Positions 20,124 through 30,053 of a DNA stretch of 64,000 bases are shown here, piece by piece. Below the pieces are notes generated by a model. That model did not search any database. It was not told the DNA's origin and saw only the letters and a program-made list of their open reading frames with translations. Each line of letters opens with the position of its first letter. Within the stretch, counting starts at the first letter, position 1. The stretch lies in the NCBI GenBank assembly GCA_017640445.1, contig JAEPQQ010000001.1, positions 56,769-120,768 of the forward strand, given 5' to 3'. The DNA is from Bacteroidia bacterium (GTDB taxonomy: Bacteria; Bacteroidota; Bacteroidia; NS11-12g; UBA9320). A program made the position numbers and the translations under genes.

Positions 20124-20690
20124 ATGAACGCCCACAAGCAAACATATAGCCATGAGTGGGTTCAAACCAGGGAACATAATGAACGTGTGAAATTTTTATT
20201 TTTCTGGGGGCATACCAGTACGCCGGGACAAATTACCTCGTCGTGCTTGAGTCAATGGTATGAAAGCCCGTTTGAAGTAGAAGGCCAAACGTATCGGACC
20301 TGCGAACACTGGATGATGGCAGAGAAGGCTAAGTTATTTGGCAATAATGAAACACGTTCAGATATCTTAAGTGCCAATTCACCAGGCGAAGCTAAACAAC
20401 TTGGGCGTATGGTCAAAAATTTTGATGAAGAGGTATGGCGTGAAAGCCGTTACGGAATTGTAGTGCAGGGCAATCTGCATAAGTTTGGTCAATTACCAAT
20501 GTTACGAGATTATCTTCTAAGCACAGGAGAACGCGTATTGGTAGAAGCAAGCCCCGTTGACTCCATTTGGGGGATCGGACTTACCCGCGATAGCGAGGAC
20601 GCTCAGTATGTCAACCGATGGAGAGGCTTGAACCTCCTAGGTTTTGCTCTAATGGAGGTGCGCGACTTACTTAGGTCAGGCCATTCTTGA
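20124..20690 (+). CDS. NADAR-family protein (YbiA-like N-glycosidase, DUF1768)
   Basis: FFWGHTS...CEHWMMAEKAKLFGN...VDSIWGIGL motifs. Confidence 0.7.
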   Translation: MNAHKQTYSHEWVQTREHNERVKFLFFWGHTSTPGQITSSCLSQWYESPFEVEGQTYRTCEHWMMAEKAKLFGNNETRSDILSANSPGEAKQLGRMVKNFDEEVWRESRYGIVVQGNLHKFGQLPMLRDYLLSTGERVLVEASPVDSIWGIGLTRDSEDAQYVNRWRGLNLLGFALMEVRDLLRSGHS

Positions 20691-20697
20691 TAAGGAG

Positions 20698-21225
20698 ATG
20701 GCCCAAACAGTCTCGGATATATGTAAGAAGCTGATTCTTGAACTACCAGGGAGTTCTGGCAACGATCGTCGGAGGTTGGCGCATGAAATAATAGATGCCG
20801 AAGTGGGCATAGAAGATCTAAGTTTGATGCTGCATACCGAGAGCCAGGTGGTTTCCAGGTTTCTTTGGTTGCTAACAGACATTGCCTGGATTCGACCGGA
20901 TGCTGTAAAAAGGGCTTTGCCGAGTTTATGGAAGGAGCGAGAAGCCATTAATTATCCCTATCAAGCATCTTTTGCGCAGTATTGGTTGGTGTGCGGAGTG
21001 CCTGAACAAGATGAGGCAGAAGCACTTGATGCTTTGTTTAGCTGGTTGAGGTCGTCCACAACTAATTCTTCCACGAAAACACGTTCACTCAAAGTGTTGG
21101 TTACAATGATGGACGTTTATCCGGAGCTTAAGAACGAACTCAAACTGAGTCTAGAAGAACTCAAGGAAACATCGTCGATAAGCCTTAGAAAATTAGTTGA
21201 TCGAACAAAGGCGGAACTAAGATGA
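20698..21225 (+). CDS. Hypothetical protein
   Basis: A 175-aa ORF that looks helical. No confident family. Confidence 0.45.
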   Translation: MAQTVSDICKKLILELPGSSGNDRRRLAHEIIDAEVGIEDLSLMLHTESQVVSRFLWLLTDIAWIRPDAVKRALPSLWKEREAINYPYQASFAQYWLVCGVPEQDEAEALDALFSWLRSSTTNSSTKTRSLKVLVTMMDVYPELKNELKLSLEELKETSSISLRKLVDRTKAELR

Positions 21226-21286
21226 CCGGTTTGAAGTTATGAAGTGAACCGCGTATTTTTACCCGATACATAAGAATTAAACAACT

Positions 21287-21766
21287 ATGGGATTTTTTGA
21301 TTTGTTTCGCTCCAAACGGAAATCGAACCAAGATGATTTTGAAGCCTTTCGAGCAGAAAAGCTAAAAGAGTTCGACGAAAAGTTTGGCTCAGACAACTCG
21401 TTTGAGACGCTTATGGCGCAGGCCAAAGAACGATTTGCAGAGAAAGCTCGACACGAGGCCGTCGACGGTCATGAATTCCCGCACGGCGAAGGCGAATTCG
21501 GTCATTCGATTGATAATCCAATTCCCGTAACAGGGATTGAAGAGTCAAGGCAATATCTGGCGAGTCTTGTGTTTGATGAACAAAGCTCTGACGATGTGCA
21601 ATGGGTACGTTTGGGAAGTGGCGTAGGAAAGCATCGAGAGTTGCCTGTAGACATATATCAACTCCTGGATAATGAGGGCAACGTGCTAACTACATTGTAC
21701 CTTTGGCCGCATAACAGCGTGCAGTCTGAAAAAGTACCCGTTGGCTTCAGCCGTAGGGAAGATTGA
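21287..21766 (+). CDS. Hypothetical protein
   Basis: A 159-aa ORF. Confidence 0.45.
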   Translation: MGFFDLFRSKRKSNQDDFEAFRAEKLKEFDEKFGSDNSFETLMAQAKERFAEKARHEAVDGHEFPHGEGEFGHSIDNPIPVTGIEESRQYLASLVFDEQSSDDVQWVRLGSGVGKHRELPVDIYQLLDNEGNVLTTLYLWPHNSVQSEKVPVGFSRRED

Positions 21767-21826
21767 GTTGGGATCTGTCAATTCCAGCAGAAATTTACGA
21801 CGATTATCAGTGCACGCACAGAACCG

Positions 21827-22666
21827 ATGAAGTTTCAAGGAAGGAATAACGAATTTGTGGAAATTGTCGATATCACCCCCGACAATTGTAGGGTATTAAA
21901 CGAATCACGAGAAAATGAGCTTTCTCTTCTTTGGTTCGTTGCCGACGGTAACCAACTCGTCATTGACACTGTCGAGTATACCTTTAACACCAACGACATA
22001 GTTAGTCTTACCGAGTTTCATGAGATCAAGGCCACCCGAATTACAGGCGCTCAGCTGATTCGTTGGAACCGATCCTTTTACTGCATTATTGATCACGATA
22101 GCCAGGTTGGTTGTAAAGGAGTGTTATACTACGGTGCTTCGCGGGTGCCAGTTATCAAACCAGGCGCAGAGGACATGGATGTGTTTGAAACCACCATGAA
22201 GATGTTTCGGATTGAGATGGAATCCAGAGACAACCTGCAGCTCGAAATGTTACAAATGATGTTAAAGCGGTTTATTATTCTGTGTACGCGGATATACAAG
22301 TCGCAACAGCCCGAATACAATAACGATCCTGGTCAGGTGGAACTATTGAGATCGTATAATTATTTGGTGGAAGAGCACTTCAAAGAGAAGCACACCGTAA
22401 AAGAGTATGCCGATCTGTTAAGTAAGTCGCCAAAGACACTGGCAAACCTGTTTAAGAAACGCGGAGGCATAACTCCGTTGCAGTATATTCACAACAGAAT
22501 TATGCTGGAAGCACGGCGCATGCTGGTGCATTCTGATAAGTCGGTTTCAGAGATCGGATATCACCTCGGTTTTTCTGATGTTCAGGTTTTTAGCCGTTTT
22601 TTCAAGAAGGAACAAGGCTGTTCCCCGCAGTTTTTTAGAGAGCGGGAAGTATTGACAACACAATAG
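21827..22666 (+). CDS. AraC-family transcriptional regulator
   Basis: C-terminal HTH: SEIGYHLGFSDVQVFSRFFKKEQGCSPQFFRE. Confidence 0.8.
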   Translation: MKFQGRNNEFVEIVDITPDNCRVLNESRENELSLLWFVADGNQLVIDTVEYTFNTNDIVSLTEFHEIKATRITGAQLIRWNRSFYCIIDHDSQVGCKGVLYYGASRVPVIKPGAEDMDVFETTMKMFRIEMESRDNLQLEMLQMMLKRFIILCTRIYKSQQPEYNNDPGQVELLRSYNYLVEEHFKEKHTVKEYADLLSKSPKTLANLFKKRGGITPLQYIHNRIMLEARRMLVHSDKSVSEIGYHLGFSDVQVFSRFFKKEQGCSPQFFREREVLTTQ

Positions 22667-22747
22667 GAAGTTAGGTCTAACAGAAGGCCCTGTCACGGGG
22701 CGAGGTTTGTACTGTTATTTTATTACAAATTAGAAAACAGTAAAAAC

Positions 22748-23287
22748 ATGGAAACCTTAACACAAATTTCAGTACCAACTCGTGAAGAAGTAAACACAGA
22801 CAGCCAGCAAATCTTTGATCAACTAAAAAATCAAATGGGTATGGTTCCTAATCTTTATGCAACCATCGGTCATTCAAGCAACGCACTTTCAGGCTTTTTG
22901 GCTTTTTCAGCCAATGCAAGCAACGGAGTGTTTTCGAATAAGGAAATCGAGGCCATCAAGTTAGCCGTATCAGAAGCTAATGGATGTCGCTACTGCAAAT
23001 CGGCACATACGGCCATTGCCAAAATGAATGGGTTTAGCCAGGAAGAGACGTATAAACTCCGAACTGCAACCATCGAAGATGAAAAACTTAATGTGTTGAC
23101 CTCATTGGCAAAAGAAGTGGCAGAAAATGCCGGAAATGCAACGGCAGCAACCCGGGAAAGATTCTTCGCATTGGGTTACAACGAGGAAGCATTATTTGAC
23201 TTTGTCTCAGTTGTAATTGCAGTAACCTTTACCAATTACGCCTACGCCCTAAGTCAGATTGAAGTTGACTTTCCGGTGGTAGACTAA
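22748..23287 (+). CDS. Carboxymuconolactone decarboxylase / AhpD-like family protein
   Basis: The NGCRYCKSAHTA CxxC-containing AhpD core. Confidence 0.7.
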   Translation: METLTQISVPTREEVNTDSQQIFDQLKNQMGMVPNLYATIGHSSNALSGFLAFSANASNGVFSNKEIEAIKLAVSEANGCRYCKSAHTAIAKMNGFSQEETYKLRTATIEDEKLNVLTSLAKEVAENAGNATAATRERFFALGYNEEALFDFVSVVIAVTFTNYAYALSQIEVDFPVVD

Positions 23288-23310
23288 GCAACAGTTCAAT
23301 AGATAGAAAT

Positions 23311-23637
23311 ATGAGAGAGATTAAAACCCCCGCCGACTTCAACGAGGTTGTTAGCGGCGACAAACCAGTACTTCTGGATTTTTACGCTGATTGGTGTGGA
23401 CCTTGTCAGGCCCTCCTTCCAATTGTTGAGGAACTTGCGCAAAAGCATCAGGATGATTTTGTGATAGCCAAGGTGAACGTAGACCAGAACCGCGAATTGG
23501 CCGGTCAGTTTGGCGTACGGAGCATTCCAGCGTTGTTTTTTATCCAGGATGGAGAAGTAAAGGAACAATTGTTGGGTTTGCAACCGAAGCAAGTATTGGA
23601 TAGACACATCCATATGTATCTGGATAAGGCAGCTTAG
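23311..23637 (+). CDS. trxA: Thioredoxin
   Basis: WCGPCQ active site, 108 aa. Confidence 0.9.
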   Translation: MREIKTPADFNEVVSGDKPVLLDFYADWCGPCQALLPIVEELAQKHQDDFVIAKVNVDQNRELAGQFGVRSIPALFFIQDGEVKEQLLGLQPKQVLDRHIHMYLDKAA

Positions 23638-23659
23638 AAAGATTCATTGAGTAGCAAAA

Positions 23660-23690
23660 AAGGGGAGGCAGGTGCATCCCCTTTTTTATT
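23660..23690 (+). terminator. Rho-independent terminator after trxA
   Basis: AAAAAAGGGGAggcaggtgcaTCCCCTTTTTT stem-loop with T-tract. Confidence 0.6.
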
Positions 23691-23770
23691 TGGTTGATTT
23701 TGAGGGAGTAAGCCAGGTATACGTAACAACCAACTTCTTCGTTCTATGAATAGGTAAGATCAGTTTCCGT

Positions 23771-24889
23771 ATGAACATCAAAATGAACACAACAATGCTT
23801 TTAGTCCTCACTTGCATTGGATACGGCTGTAAGAAAGACGTAATGACCAAAAATTTGGCGCATGTAGTGTATACATTTCCAGAAGAGGGTGCCAAACATG
23901 AAGGCACCTGGCTGCAATGGCCACATCACTATCAATATGGGATGGAGTTTCGAAATCGAATGGATAGTACCTGGATACATATGACCAGAGAGTTGGTTCA
24001 AGGTGAAAATGTTCATATCGTGGCGTATAACAACACCGAGCGACAACGTATATCTAACCTGTTAAAGTCTGTTGGAGTTGATCAGACCCGAGTGGACTTC
24101 TACATTCACCCAACCAACGATTTCTGGATACGCGACAATGGTCCGATATACGTTCGGGATAGCACAGGAAACTTGATCATTGAAGACTGGGGCTTCAATG
24201 GCTGGGGGAATAAGGCAGATTTCGAAGACTGTAATTTGGTGCCTGAAAAAATTGGTCGTGATCAGCAACGTAATGTGTTAGACCTGAATACGGTAATGAT
24301 CAATGAAGGAGGCGCCGTGGAACTGGATGGACGAGGTAGCCTGATGGCATGTAGGAGTTCTATTTTAAACAACAATCGAAATCGAGGCATGAGCCAGACA
24401 CAGGCTGAAGAAATTTTCACGACCTACCTCGGGGCTACTAACTTTATTTGGCTTCAAGGACGAAAAGGCCGAGACGTAACCGATCAGCATATCGACGGTT
24501 TTGCCCGGTTTGCCAACCCCGGTACAATCGTTACCATGTCGGAAAACGACTTGCTTGACTATGACGTTAGGCAATCGGACATAGAACTTCTTTACAATGC
24601 TAAAAATGCCCTTGGAGAGGCCTATACGTTTGTAAAACTTCCTTTGACCCAAGGGAACGTTGTAACCACCTACGGTAAGAAACTGGGCTATAAGGGTTCC
24701 TATTGCAATTACTATATCGCCAATGAGTGTGTGTTGGTGCCGGTCTACAACGACCCCAATGATGAAATGGCTTTGTCGGCATTACGGGACCTGTACCCGA
24801 ACAGACGCGTTGTTGGAATCGATTGCCGAAATGTGTACGCCGATGGAGGTATGATCCATTGCATTACACAACAACAACCGATCGACTAA
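23771..24889 (+). CDS. Agmatine deiminase / porphyromonas-type peptidylarginine deiminase family protein, secreted
   Basis: FWIRDNGPIYV, DGFARFANPGTIV and the C-terminal GGMIHCITQQQP with its catalytic Cys. The N-terminus is a signal/lipoprotein. Confidence 0.8.
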   Translation: MNIKMNTTMLLVLTCIGYGCKKDVMTKNLAHVVYTFPEEGAKHEGTWLQWPHHYQYGMEFRNRMDSTWIHMTRELVQGENVHIVAYNNTERQRISNLLKSVGVDQTRVDFYIHPTNDFWIRDNGPIYVRDSTGNLIIEDWGFNGWGNKADFEDCNLVPEKIGRDQQRNVLDLNTVMINEGGAVELDGRGSLMACRSSILNNNRNRGMSQTQAEEIFTTYLGATNFIWLQGRKGRDVTDQHIDGFARFANPGTIVTMSENDLLDYDVRQSDIELLYNAKNALGEAYTFVKLPLTQGNVVTTYGKKLGYKGSYCNYYIANECVLVPVYNDPNDEMALSALRDLYPNRRVVGIDCRNVYADGGMIHCITQQQPID

Positions 24890-24922
24890 GTGGTTACCGC
24901 ATAAGCAATTTATATTTACACC

Positions 24923-26095
24923 GTGATTTACCGAATGAAAAACATTCTGGTTGGCTTAACATTGGTTTTAGGGGCGTTAGAAGCTGGTGCGCAAGACTTC
25001 CCGCAGCAAGACACTACTGTACGTTTTGAACATCATGAGTTACATTTTTCCATCTTGAAAGGGGAAGGTACCCCCATTCTCTTTGAGTCCGGAGCTGGTA
25101 ACGATGGCAGTGTGTGGCATTCTCTTCTTCAAGATATTAATCGACTTACCGGGGCCACTTTGATTACGTATGATCGGGCCGGTTTTGGAAAAAGCTCACT
25201 CGACACTGTTCACAAGGAAGTGGAATATCACAACCTCGAATCCAGCTTTCAGGATTTGGAAAAAAGCCTTGCTTATCTTGGATACTCCGATGAGATAGTA
25301 CTGGTTTCACACTCCTATGGAGGATATCTAAATTACCTTTATGCGAACAAATATCCCAACCGAGTTAAAGGCATTGTAGCCCTGGACATTGTGCATGATT
25401 ACCATACCGAAGGTTTTGCAGATAGTTTGTTAAACCGAATCCCAGAGGTAATTGAAAAATGGAGGCTTCACAACCCCGGTATGTATTACATCCATGCCAG
25501 CTTAACTCAGGCTGCCGATCTGATATCAACAGTATCGATTCCTGATTCCATCCCGGTAGTTGACCTGGTTGCTGAATTGCCATTTAGTTCGGTTGAGCAG
25601 GAAGCAAAACGATGGAAATCAAAACATGCCGACTTTGTAAAAAACCACCCCAGGGCCACCGGAATATTGGCCGCAAACTGTGGGCATTACATATGGCGCG
25701 ACAACAAACCCCTGGTGGTCATGTCTATCGCTAATCTCTATGCGAGTATCTCATCGAATGAAAAAAGACAGGAAATAGAGCACCGAATAGCGGGATATGC
25801 TATCACATCTTCGAACGAAGCGAAGGGAGACCAATATTCAGAGAGACAAAACAACATATACGGTTATAACCTGCTGCGAAGAGGAATGCAGCAACAAGCC
25901 TTGCTCGTGTTTGAGCTAAATACATTGCTGTACCCAACAAGTTACAATGCCTTTGATAGTTATGGAGAAGCCCTGGCCATTGCAGGCCAAACGGAGAAAG
26001 CCATTGCGATGTATGAGAAGTCCGTTCAACTAAATCCGGAAAACCAAAATGGTCGACACATGTTGAAAAGGTTGAGGGGCAAACATGAAAATTAG
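24923..26095 (+). CDS. Secreted alpha/beta hydrolase with C-terminal TPR repeats
   Basis: Signal peptide, nucleophile elbow VSHSYGGY, and C-terminal TPR-like helices. Confidence 0.65.
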   Translation: MIYRMKNILVGLTLVLGALEAGAQDFPQQDTTVRFEHHELHFSILKGEGTPILFESGAGNDGSVWHSLLQDINRLTGATLITYDRAGFGKSSLDTVHKEVEYHNLESSFQDLEKSLAYLGYSDEIVLVSHSYGGYLNYLYANKYPNRVKGIVALDIVHDYHTEGFADSLLNRIPEVIEKWRLHNPGMYYIHASLTQAADLISTVSIPDSIPVVDLVAELPFSSVEQEAKRWKSKHADFVKNHPRATGILAANCGHYIWRDNKPLVVMSIANLYASISSNEKRQEIEHRIAGYAITSSNEAKGDQYSERQNNIYGYNLLRRGMQQQALLVFELNTLLYPTSYNAFDSYGEALAIAGQTEKAIAMYEKSVQLNPENQNGRHMLKRLRGKHEN

Positions 26096-26756
26096 AACGT
26101 TAACACTGTATAGCAGCACACTTGACCAAGAAAAGGCCTTCTACGATCGGGTGCTGGGTTTATCCATTACACATTCGGACGATGATTCTTTCACGGTGGC
26201 GCTAGGTTGGACGAATCTTACGTTTCGACGTTCTCAGAGGCCGCATTTCTATCACTATTGTTTTCTCATACCTTCAAATAAATTGCAGGAAGCACTTGCC
26301 TGGTTAAAAACACGTACGGAGATTATTACCGACGAAGTGGGAAAGGAAACGCACCACTTCGACACCTGGAACGCAGATTCGTTTTATTTTCATGATGCCA
26401 GCGGAAACATTGCCGAGTGCATCGTTCGATATGGTCTGAACAATGCAACCGATCAGCCATTTGATTCAGATCAGTTTTTATGTATAAATGAGATTGGTAT
26501 GCCCGTTAACGATATTGAAACAACAAACGCACAGTTGGAGCGCCTTTTGGGATCGAGGTTTTGGAAAGGGAATACGGTGCGTTTTGGTACACATGGTTCG
26601 CAAGAAGGTCTGCTATTGCTACCCAACCCATCGCAAAAGCGAGGATGGTTTCCCACCGATCAGGCCATCCGAAAAGAGCCGTTTGAGATTGAAGTTGAAG
26701 AAAACGATAGAATTCATCGCTTTCGATACGAAAATGGACGTATTTTCACCCTGTAA
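26085..26756 (+). CDS. VOC-family (glyoxalase/extradiol dioxygenase-like) protein
   Basis: Two-module VOC layout: LTLYSSTLDQEKAFYDRVLGLSI ... HYCFLIP. Confidence 0.55.
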   Translation: MKIRTLTLYSSTLDQEKAFYDRVLGLSITHSDDDSFTVALGWTNLTFRRSQRPHFYHYCFLIPSNKLQEALAWLKTRTEIITDEVGKETHHFDTWNADSFYFHDASGNIAECIVRYGLNNATDQPFDSDQFLCINEIGMPVNDIETTNAQLERLLGSRFWKGNTVRFGTHGSQEGLLLLPNPSQKRGWFPTDQAIRKEPFEIEVEENDRIHRFRYENGRIFTL

Positions 26757-26757
26757 A

Positions 26758-27117
26758 ATGACACCGAAAGAAATAATACGAAACTGGGTAGATGTATTCA
26801 ACACAGCTGATGCAGAAGCCATGGGCGAATTCTATCATGAAGATGCCGTAAATCATCAGGTTGCTAACGACCCGGTTTCGGGGCGAGAAGCAATTGTTCA
26901 ACGCTTTAGAGAGGAATTCGAGCAAGCAGATATGGTGTGCCTGGTTGAACAAATTCTGGAAGACGGAGAATGGGCGATATTGGAATGGAAAGACCCACAG
27001 GGCCTCAGAGGCTGTGGTTTTTTTCATATTGTCAATGGGAAGATTGCGTTTCAACGAGGTTACTGGGATAAGCTTAGTTTCCTACGCTTGCACAAGCTTC
27101 CAATTCCAACGCAATAG
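26758..27117 (+). CDS. SnoaL-like / NTF2-like domain protein
   Basis: Met at 26758 right after the upstream stop. IIRNWVDVFNTADAEAMGEFYHEDAV matches the ketosteroid-isomerase-like family. Confidence 0.6.
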   Translation: MTPKEIIRNWVDVFNTADAEAMGEFYHEDAVNHQVANDPVSGREAIVQRFREEFEQADMVCLVEQILEDGEWAILEWKDPQGLRGCGFFHIVNGKIAFQRGYWDKLSFLRLHKLPIPTQ

Positions 27118-27121
27118 ACCA

Positions 27122-27658
27122 GTGCAGAGTTACCTTGATCACGCAGAGAAAAACGGAATAACGCTATTCTCAGAGGGGAAGTGCCAGTTTTGCGGTGCAA
27201 ATACAACCCGAGGTATTCATGAATGTGTGGAACTGTTCAACCTCGGTTTTTTATTGGATTTTTCCAGTGAAGATAGCCACATTTCACGTTTTCTGAGTGT
27301 AGATGCACACACCCTGCAACACTCAGAGATCCATGGACGGTGGAACAACCATTTTCACCTTACCCGAATGCACCTCATGCGAAGCCATAACGTTGCATGG
27401 ACCTATACACATTCACCAAAGCTAAGCGATTATCTGAACGCTTATAAATTGAAACATGCGAATGAAGTTCTGGTGCCACCTCCTGTTGGAGAGCGTGGCG
27501 GTATAACCACTACGGACGTTCAGGAAGCATCTACATCGGTATCCGCGTGCATGGAAAAGATAGATGAATGGTCCGAATCGGTATATCAGGCCTGGAAAGA
27601 ACACCATGATACAGTGGACCTTATTGCGAAAGGCTTCCTGGCCCAACTTTATGCGTAG
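27122..27658 (+). CDS. Hypothetical Cys/His-rich protein with a candidate GTG start
   Basis: The reading frame has no ATG until late. In-frame GTG at 27122 sits just after the upstream stop. A CQFCGANTTRGIHEC motif suggests metal binding. Confidence 0.4.
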   Translation: MQSYLDHAEKNGITLFSEGKCQFCGANTTRGIHECVELFNLGFLLDFSSEDSHISRFLSVDAHTLQHSEIHGRWNNHFHLTRMHLMRSHNVAWTYTHSPKLSDYLNAYKLKHANEVLVPPPVGERGGITTTDVQEASTSVSACMEKIDEWSESVYQAWKEHHDTVDLIAKGFLAQLYA

Positions 27659-27776
27659 AAAAAAGCGACCATTGGAAATAGGCGAAAAGGGAGTTACGAG
27701 ATGCACAAGTGTCAGGCCTGCCCGAAAATGCTGACCTCTATGATTTTTATGTAACTTTAGCGAGTCAAATGTAGCT

Positions 27777-28448
27777 ATGACTTCCGAAAATCGAACAAAA
27801 CGCAACCCTCTAAGAAGATACCGGAGATACTGGTGGCCAATGGCAATCAATTGGTTTCTGATCATGAATATCGCATCTCAAAACGTTACGGATATCGACC
27901 GAATGTTTATGGGGGGAGGAGGTGTATCAGTGATTCCCGCTTTGCTACTGATAACGGTGGTATGGTTTTTCGGTTTCAAAGCTGTGGCACGCTATATGGA
28001 ACGCAAGGAAATGGTTGATCTCAGCTGGAAGAAATGGGTGGCTTCTGTGACGATGATGAGTGTGCTTTCGGTACCCTTGTATGCTACCCAAACCACAAAA
28101 TTTATTCGCAACGTTAAGTGCCAGTCCACCTTGCAGTTAAAGGAGAAGATTGAGGTACGAGACAAATATCCATACGGAGCATCGTCAGAACCTATGTCGT
28201 ACATGGAGTACAACCTGATCCAAAGCGATTACGGACTTCCAAAACTGCCGGTTGAGGCTGATAGTATTCGCTTTTCCTATCTGTACGATGGCTTTTTGCC
28301 CGATCACTCAATTGTGGTGGAATACGTGGTGCCTTATGGTTGCCAATTGGATGTTTATGAACAGGACGACGGGAACCATTACCAAAGGCAACAGGTAGAC
28401 GAATTCCCTAAATACAAAAGAGTCCGGTACGAAGAAGGACTTTATTAA
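27777..28448 (+). CDS. Hypothetical membrane protein
   Basis: Two hydrophobic helices near the N-terminus. Confidence 0.45.
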   Translation: MTSENRTKRNPLRRYRRYWWPMAINWFLIMNIASQNVTDIDRMFMGGGGVSVIPALLLITVVWFFGFKAVARYMERKEMVDLSWKKWVASVTMMSVLSVPLYATQTTKFIRNVKCQSTLQLKEKIEVRDKYPYGASSEPMSYMEYNLIQSDYGLPKLPVEADSIRFSYLYDGFLPDHSIVVEYVVPYGCQLDVYEQDDGNHYQRQQVDEFPKYKRVRYEEGLY

Positions 28449-28481
28449 TGCAACCGTTCATAAGCGTGCAAGCTTAATTCT

Positions 28482-29207
28482 ATGTTTAGACTCCAGTCAA
28501 ACGACGTCCTGTTAATACCGGATAAACCCGATGTGGAACGTGATGCCCTGGCTAAGGCATGGACTGTGCATGGGGGAGAGGTGCTAAGAATTGGTAAATT
28601 CTGGATCAAGCCGGAGGTCAAGGGTCGACGAATCAGCCTCTATGGATATGATAGTTTTTGCCTGGTACTGGCACAGTTATTAGATCTATCTCCGGCAATG
28701 GTGAACGATGCATTCGTAGCTGAACTCGACTACAATTTCCTGAAGAGGGCAATGAAACTTACATCACTTGATCAGTTGGAAGCGGAAGACTTTCCAACCT
28801 TTATCAAACCTCAGGTTCCAAAGAGTTTTATTTCTCAGGTGTATGGGTCTCGGGAGTCTTTTAGTACGACCAACCCAGGTATCGGTGTTAAGGAAGCAGT
28901 TATTGTTTCGGAAATTGTTGAGGTAGAGAAGGAAGTACGGGCGTTTGTGCTAAACGGAGTGGTTTTGGACCTCCAATACTATGAAGGAACGGGAGGCTTA
29001 GATGCACCAAATCAGTTTCTCGAAGCGTTTTTGCAACGTTATTCAAACCAGCTCCCAATCACGTTGGTCGTCGACCTCGGTTGGAATCCGGGCAAGGGAT
29101 GGTTTGTACTGGAATTCAATAATACCTGGGGTTCGGGGCTCAATTTCTGTAGCCCTGAGAAGGTAATTCCGGCTATTTGGAGTGCCATACAGAGGAAAAA
29201 CCAATAA
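28482..29207 (+). CDS. ATP-grasp domain protein (DUF4343-like)
   Basis: FIKPQVPKSF...EVRAFVLNGVV...YEGTGG pattern. Confidence 0.55.
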   Translation: MFRLQSNDVLLIPDKPDVERDALAKAWTVHGGEVLRIGKFWIKPEVKGRRISLYGYDSFCLVLAQLLDLSPAMVNDAFVAELDYNFLKRAMKLTSLDQLEAEDFPTFIKPQVPKSFISQVYGSRESFSTTNPGIGVKEAVIVSEIVEVEKEVRAFVLNGVVLDLQYYEGTGGLDAPNQFLEAFLQRYSNQLPITLVVDLGWNPGKGWFVLEFNNTWGSGLNFCSPEKVIPAIWSAIQRKNQ

Positions 29208-29331
29208 TTCTAACTAACTTGCGTTCGCTAATCAAGCGTAACTACTACTTCATGTCCGTGATGACGAACGTCTGGTCGTGTCATACACCCATCATAAAGT
29301 AGCATAAGTAGTCCTCGGAAGGGGAAATTGT

Positions 29332-29655
29332 TTGGTTAACAACGACTACTATATTAGAATGAAATTTAGGTTCACATACGTTGTGGAGTTTAATGGCGGA
29401 GCGTCTGTATCTCAGGTGGAAGCTAAAGATCTTCAGGAATCTGTCGAAAAATGGTTTAAACAACTTGAAGAAAAGTCTCAGGATATGTCTTTTCTGGGCT
29501 CGGAAGGTCTTAGGGAGATGAAAGCCCAAATTTCCGGACGGGAATTTGAGGACGGAGCAATTTTGTTAGAAGGTTTGCCCGATTCATGGTCGCTTGTGTT
29601 CGCCATTGGTACACAACGAGGATACATCAACATCATCAAAACAGAAGTAAAGTAG
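29332..29655 (+). CDS. Hypothetical protein
   Basis: A 107-aa ORF. The competing antisense ORF looks low-complexity. Confidence 0.3.
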   Translation: MVNNDYYIRMKFRFTYVVEFNGGASVSQVEAKDLQESVEKWFKQLEEKSQDMSFLGSEGLREMKAQISGREFEDGAILLEGLPDSWSLVFAIGTQRGYINIIKTEVK

Positions 29656-29677
29656 GCTTTTTTTAAAGACGATTTGC

Positions 29678-29719
29678 GTAACCGATTGGTTACATCTATA
29701 TTTGTAACCGAATAGTTAC
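29678..29719. promoter_or_regulatory. Two tandem palindromes GTAACCgattGGTTAC and GTAACcgaataGTTAC upstream of the ArsR-family gene. Candidate autoregulatory operator.
   Basis: Inverted repeats at 29678-29693 and 29704-29719, located 8-49 bp upstream of the ATG at 29727. Confidence 0.4.
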
Positions 29720-29726
29720 ATGTTGG

Positions 29727-30053
29727 ATGCGTAGAGATGTATTTCAGGCCATTGCAGACCCCGTTCGCAGAAACATAATCGAACTGCTTGCCGATCAATC
29801 AAGAACGGTTAATGAAGTAGCAGAGCACTTCGACATAAGCCGACCTGCCATCTCGAAACATCTGAAGATATTAAAGGAATGTGGTATAGTGGTTCTGAAC
29901 AAACAAGGCCGCGAATTCCACTGTCATATACAGCCGAGTAGCCTGGTGCCTGCGTTTCTCTGGATGCAGCAACACAAACATTTGTGGGAAGACCGCCTCG
30001 ACTCATTTGAGGCCTATCTCTCAGATCTAAAAGAAAAAAGGAACGATAAATGA
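29727..30053 (+). CDS. ArsR/SmtB-family transcriptional regulator
   Basis: FQAIADPVRRNIIELLADQSRTVNEVAEHFDISRPAISKHLKILKECGIV. Confidence 0.85.
   Translation: MRRDVFQAIADPVRRNIIELLADQSRTVNEVAEHFDISRPAISKHLKILKECGIVVLNKQGREFHCHIQPSSLVPAFLWMQQHKHLWEDRLDSFEAYLSDLKEKRNDK

Noticed and set aside
27422-27865. 147-aa minus-strand ORF overlapping the 27122-27658 gene and the start of 27777-28448
   Set aside because: It lies fully inside plus-strand coding sequence. Its product is an Arg/Leu-rich low-complexity sequence. Every other gene in this 40 kb run is on the plus strand.
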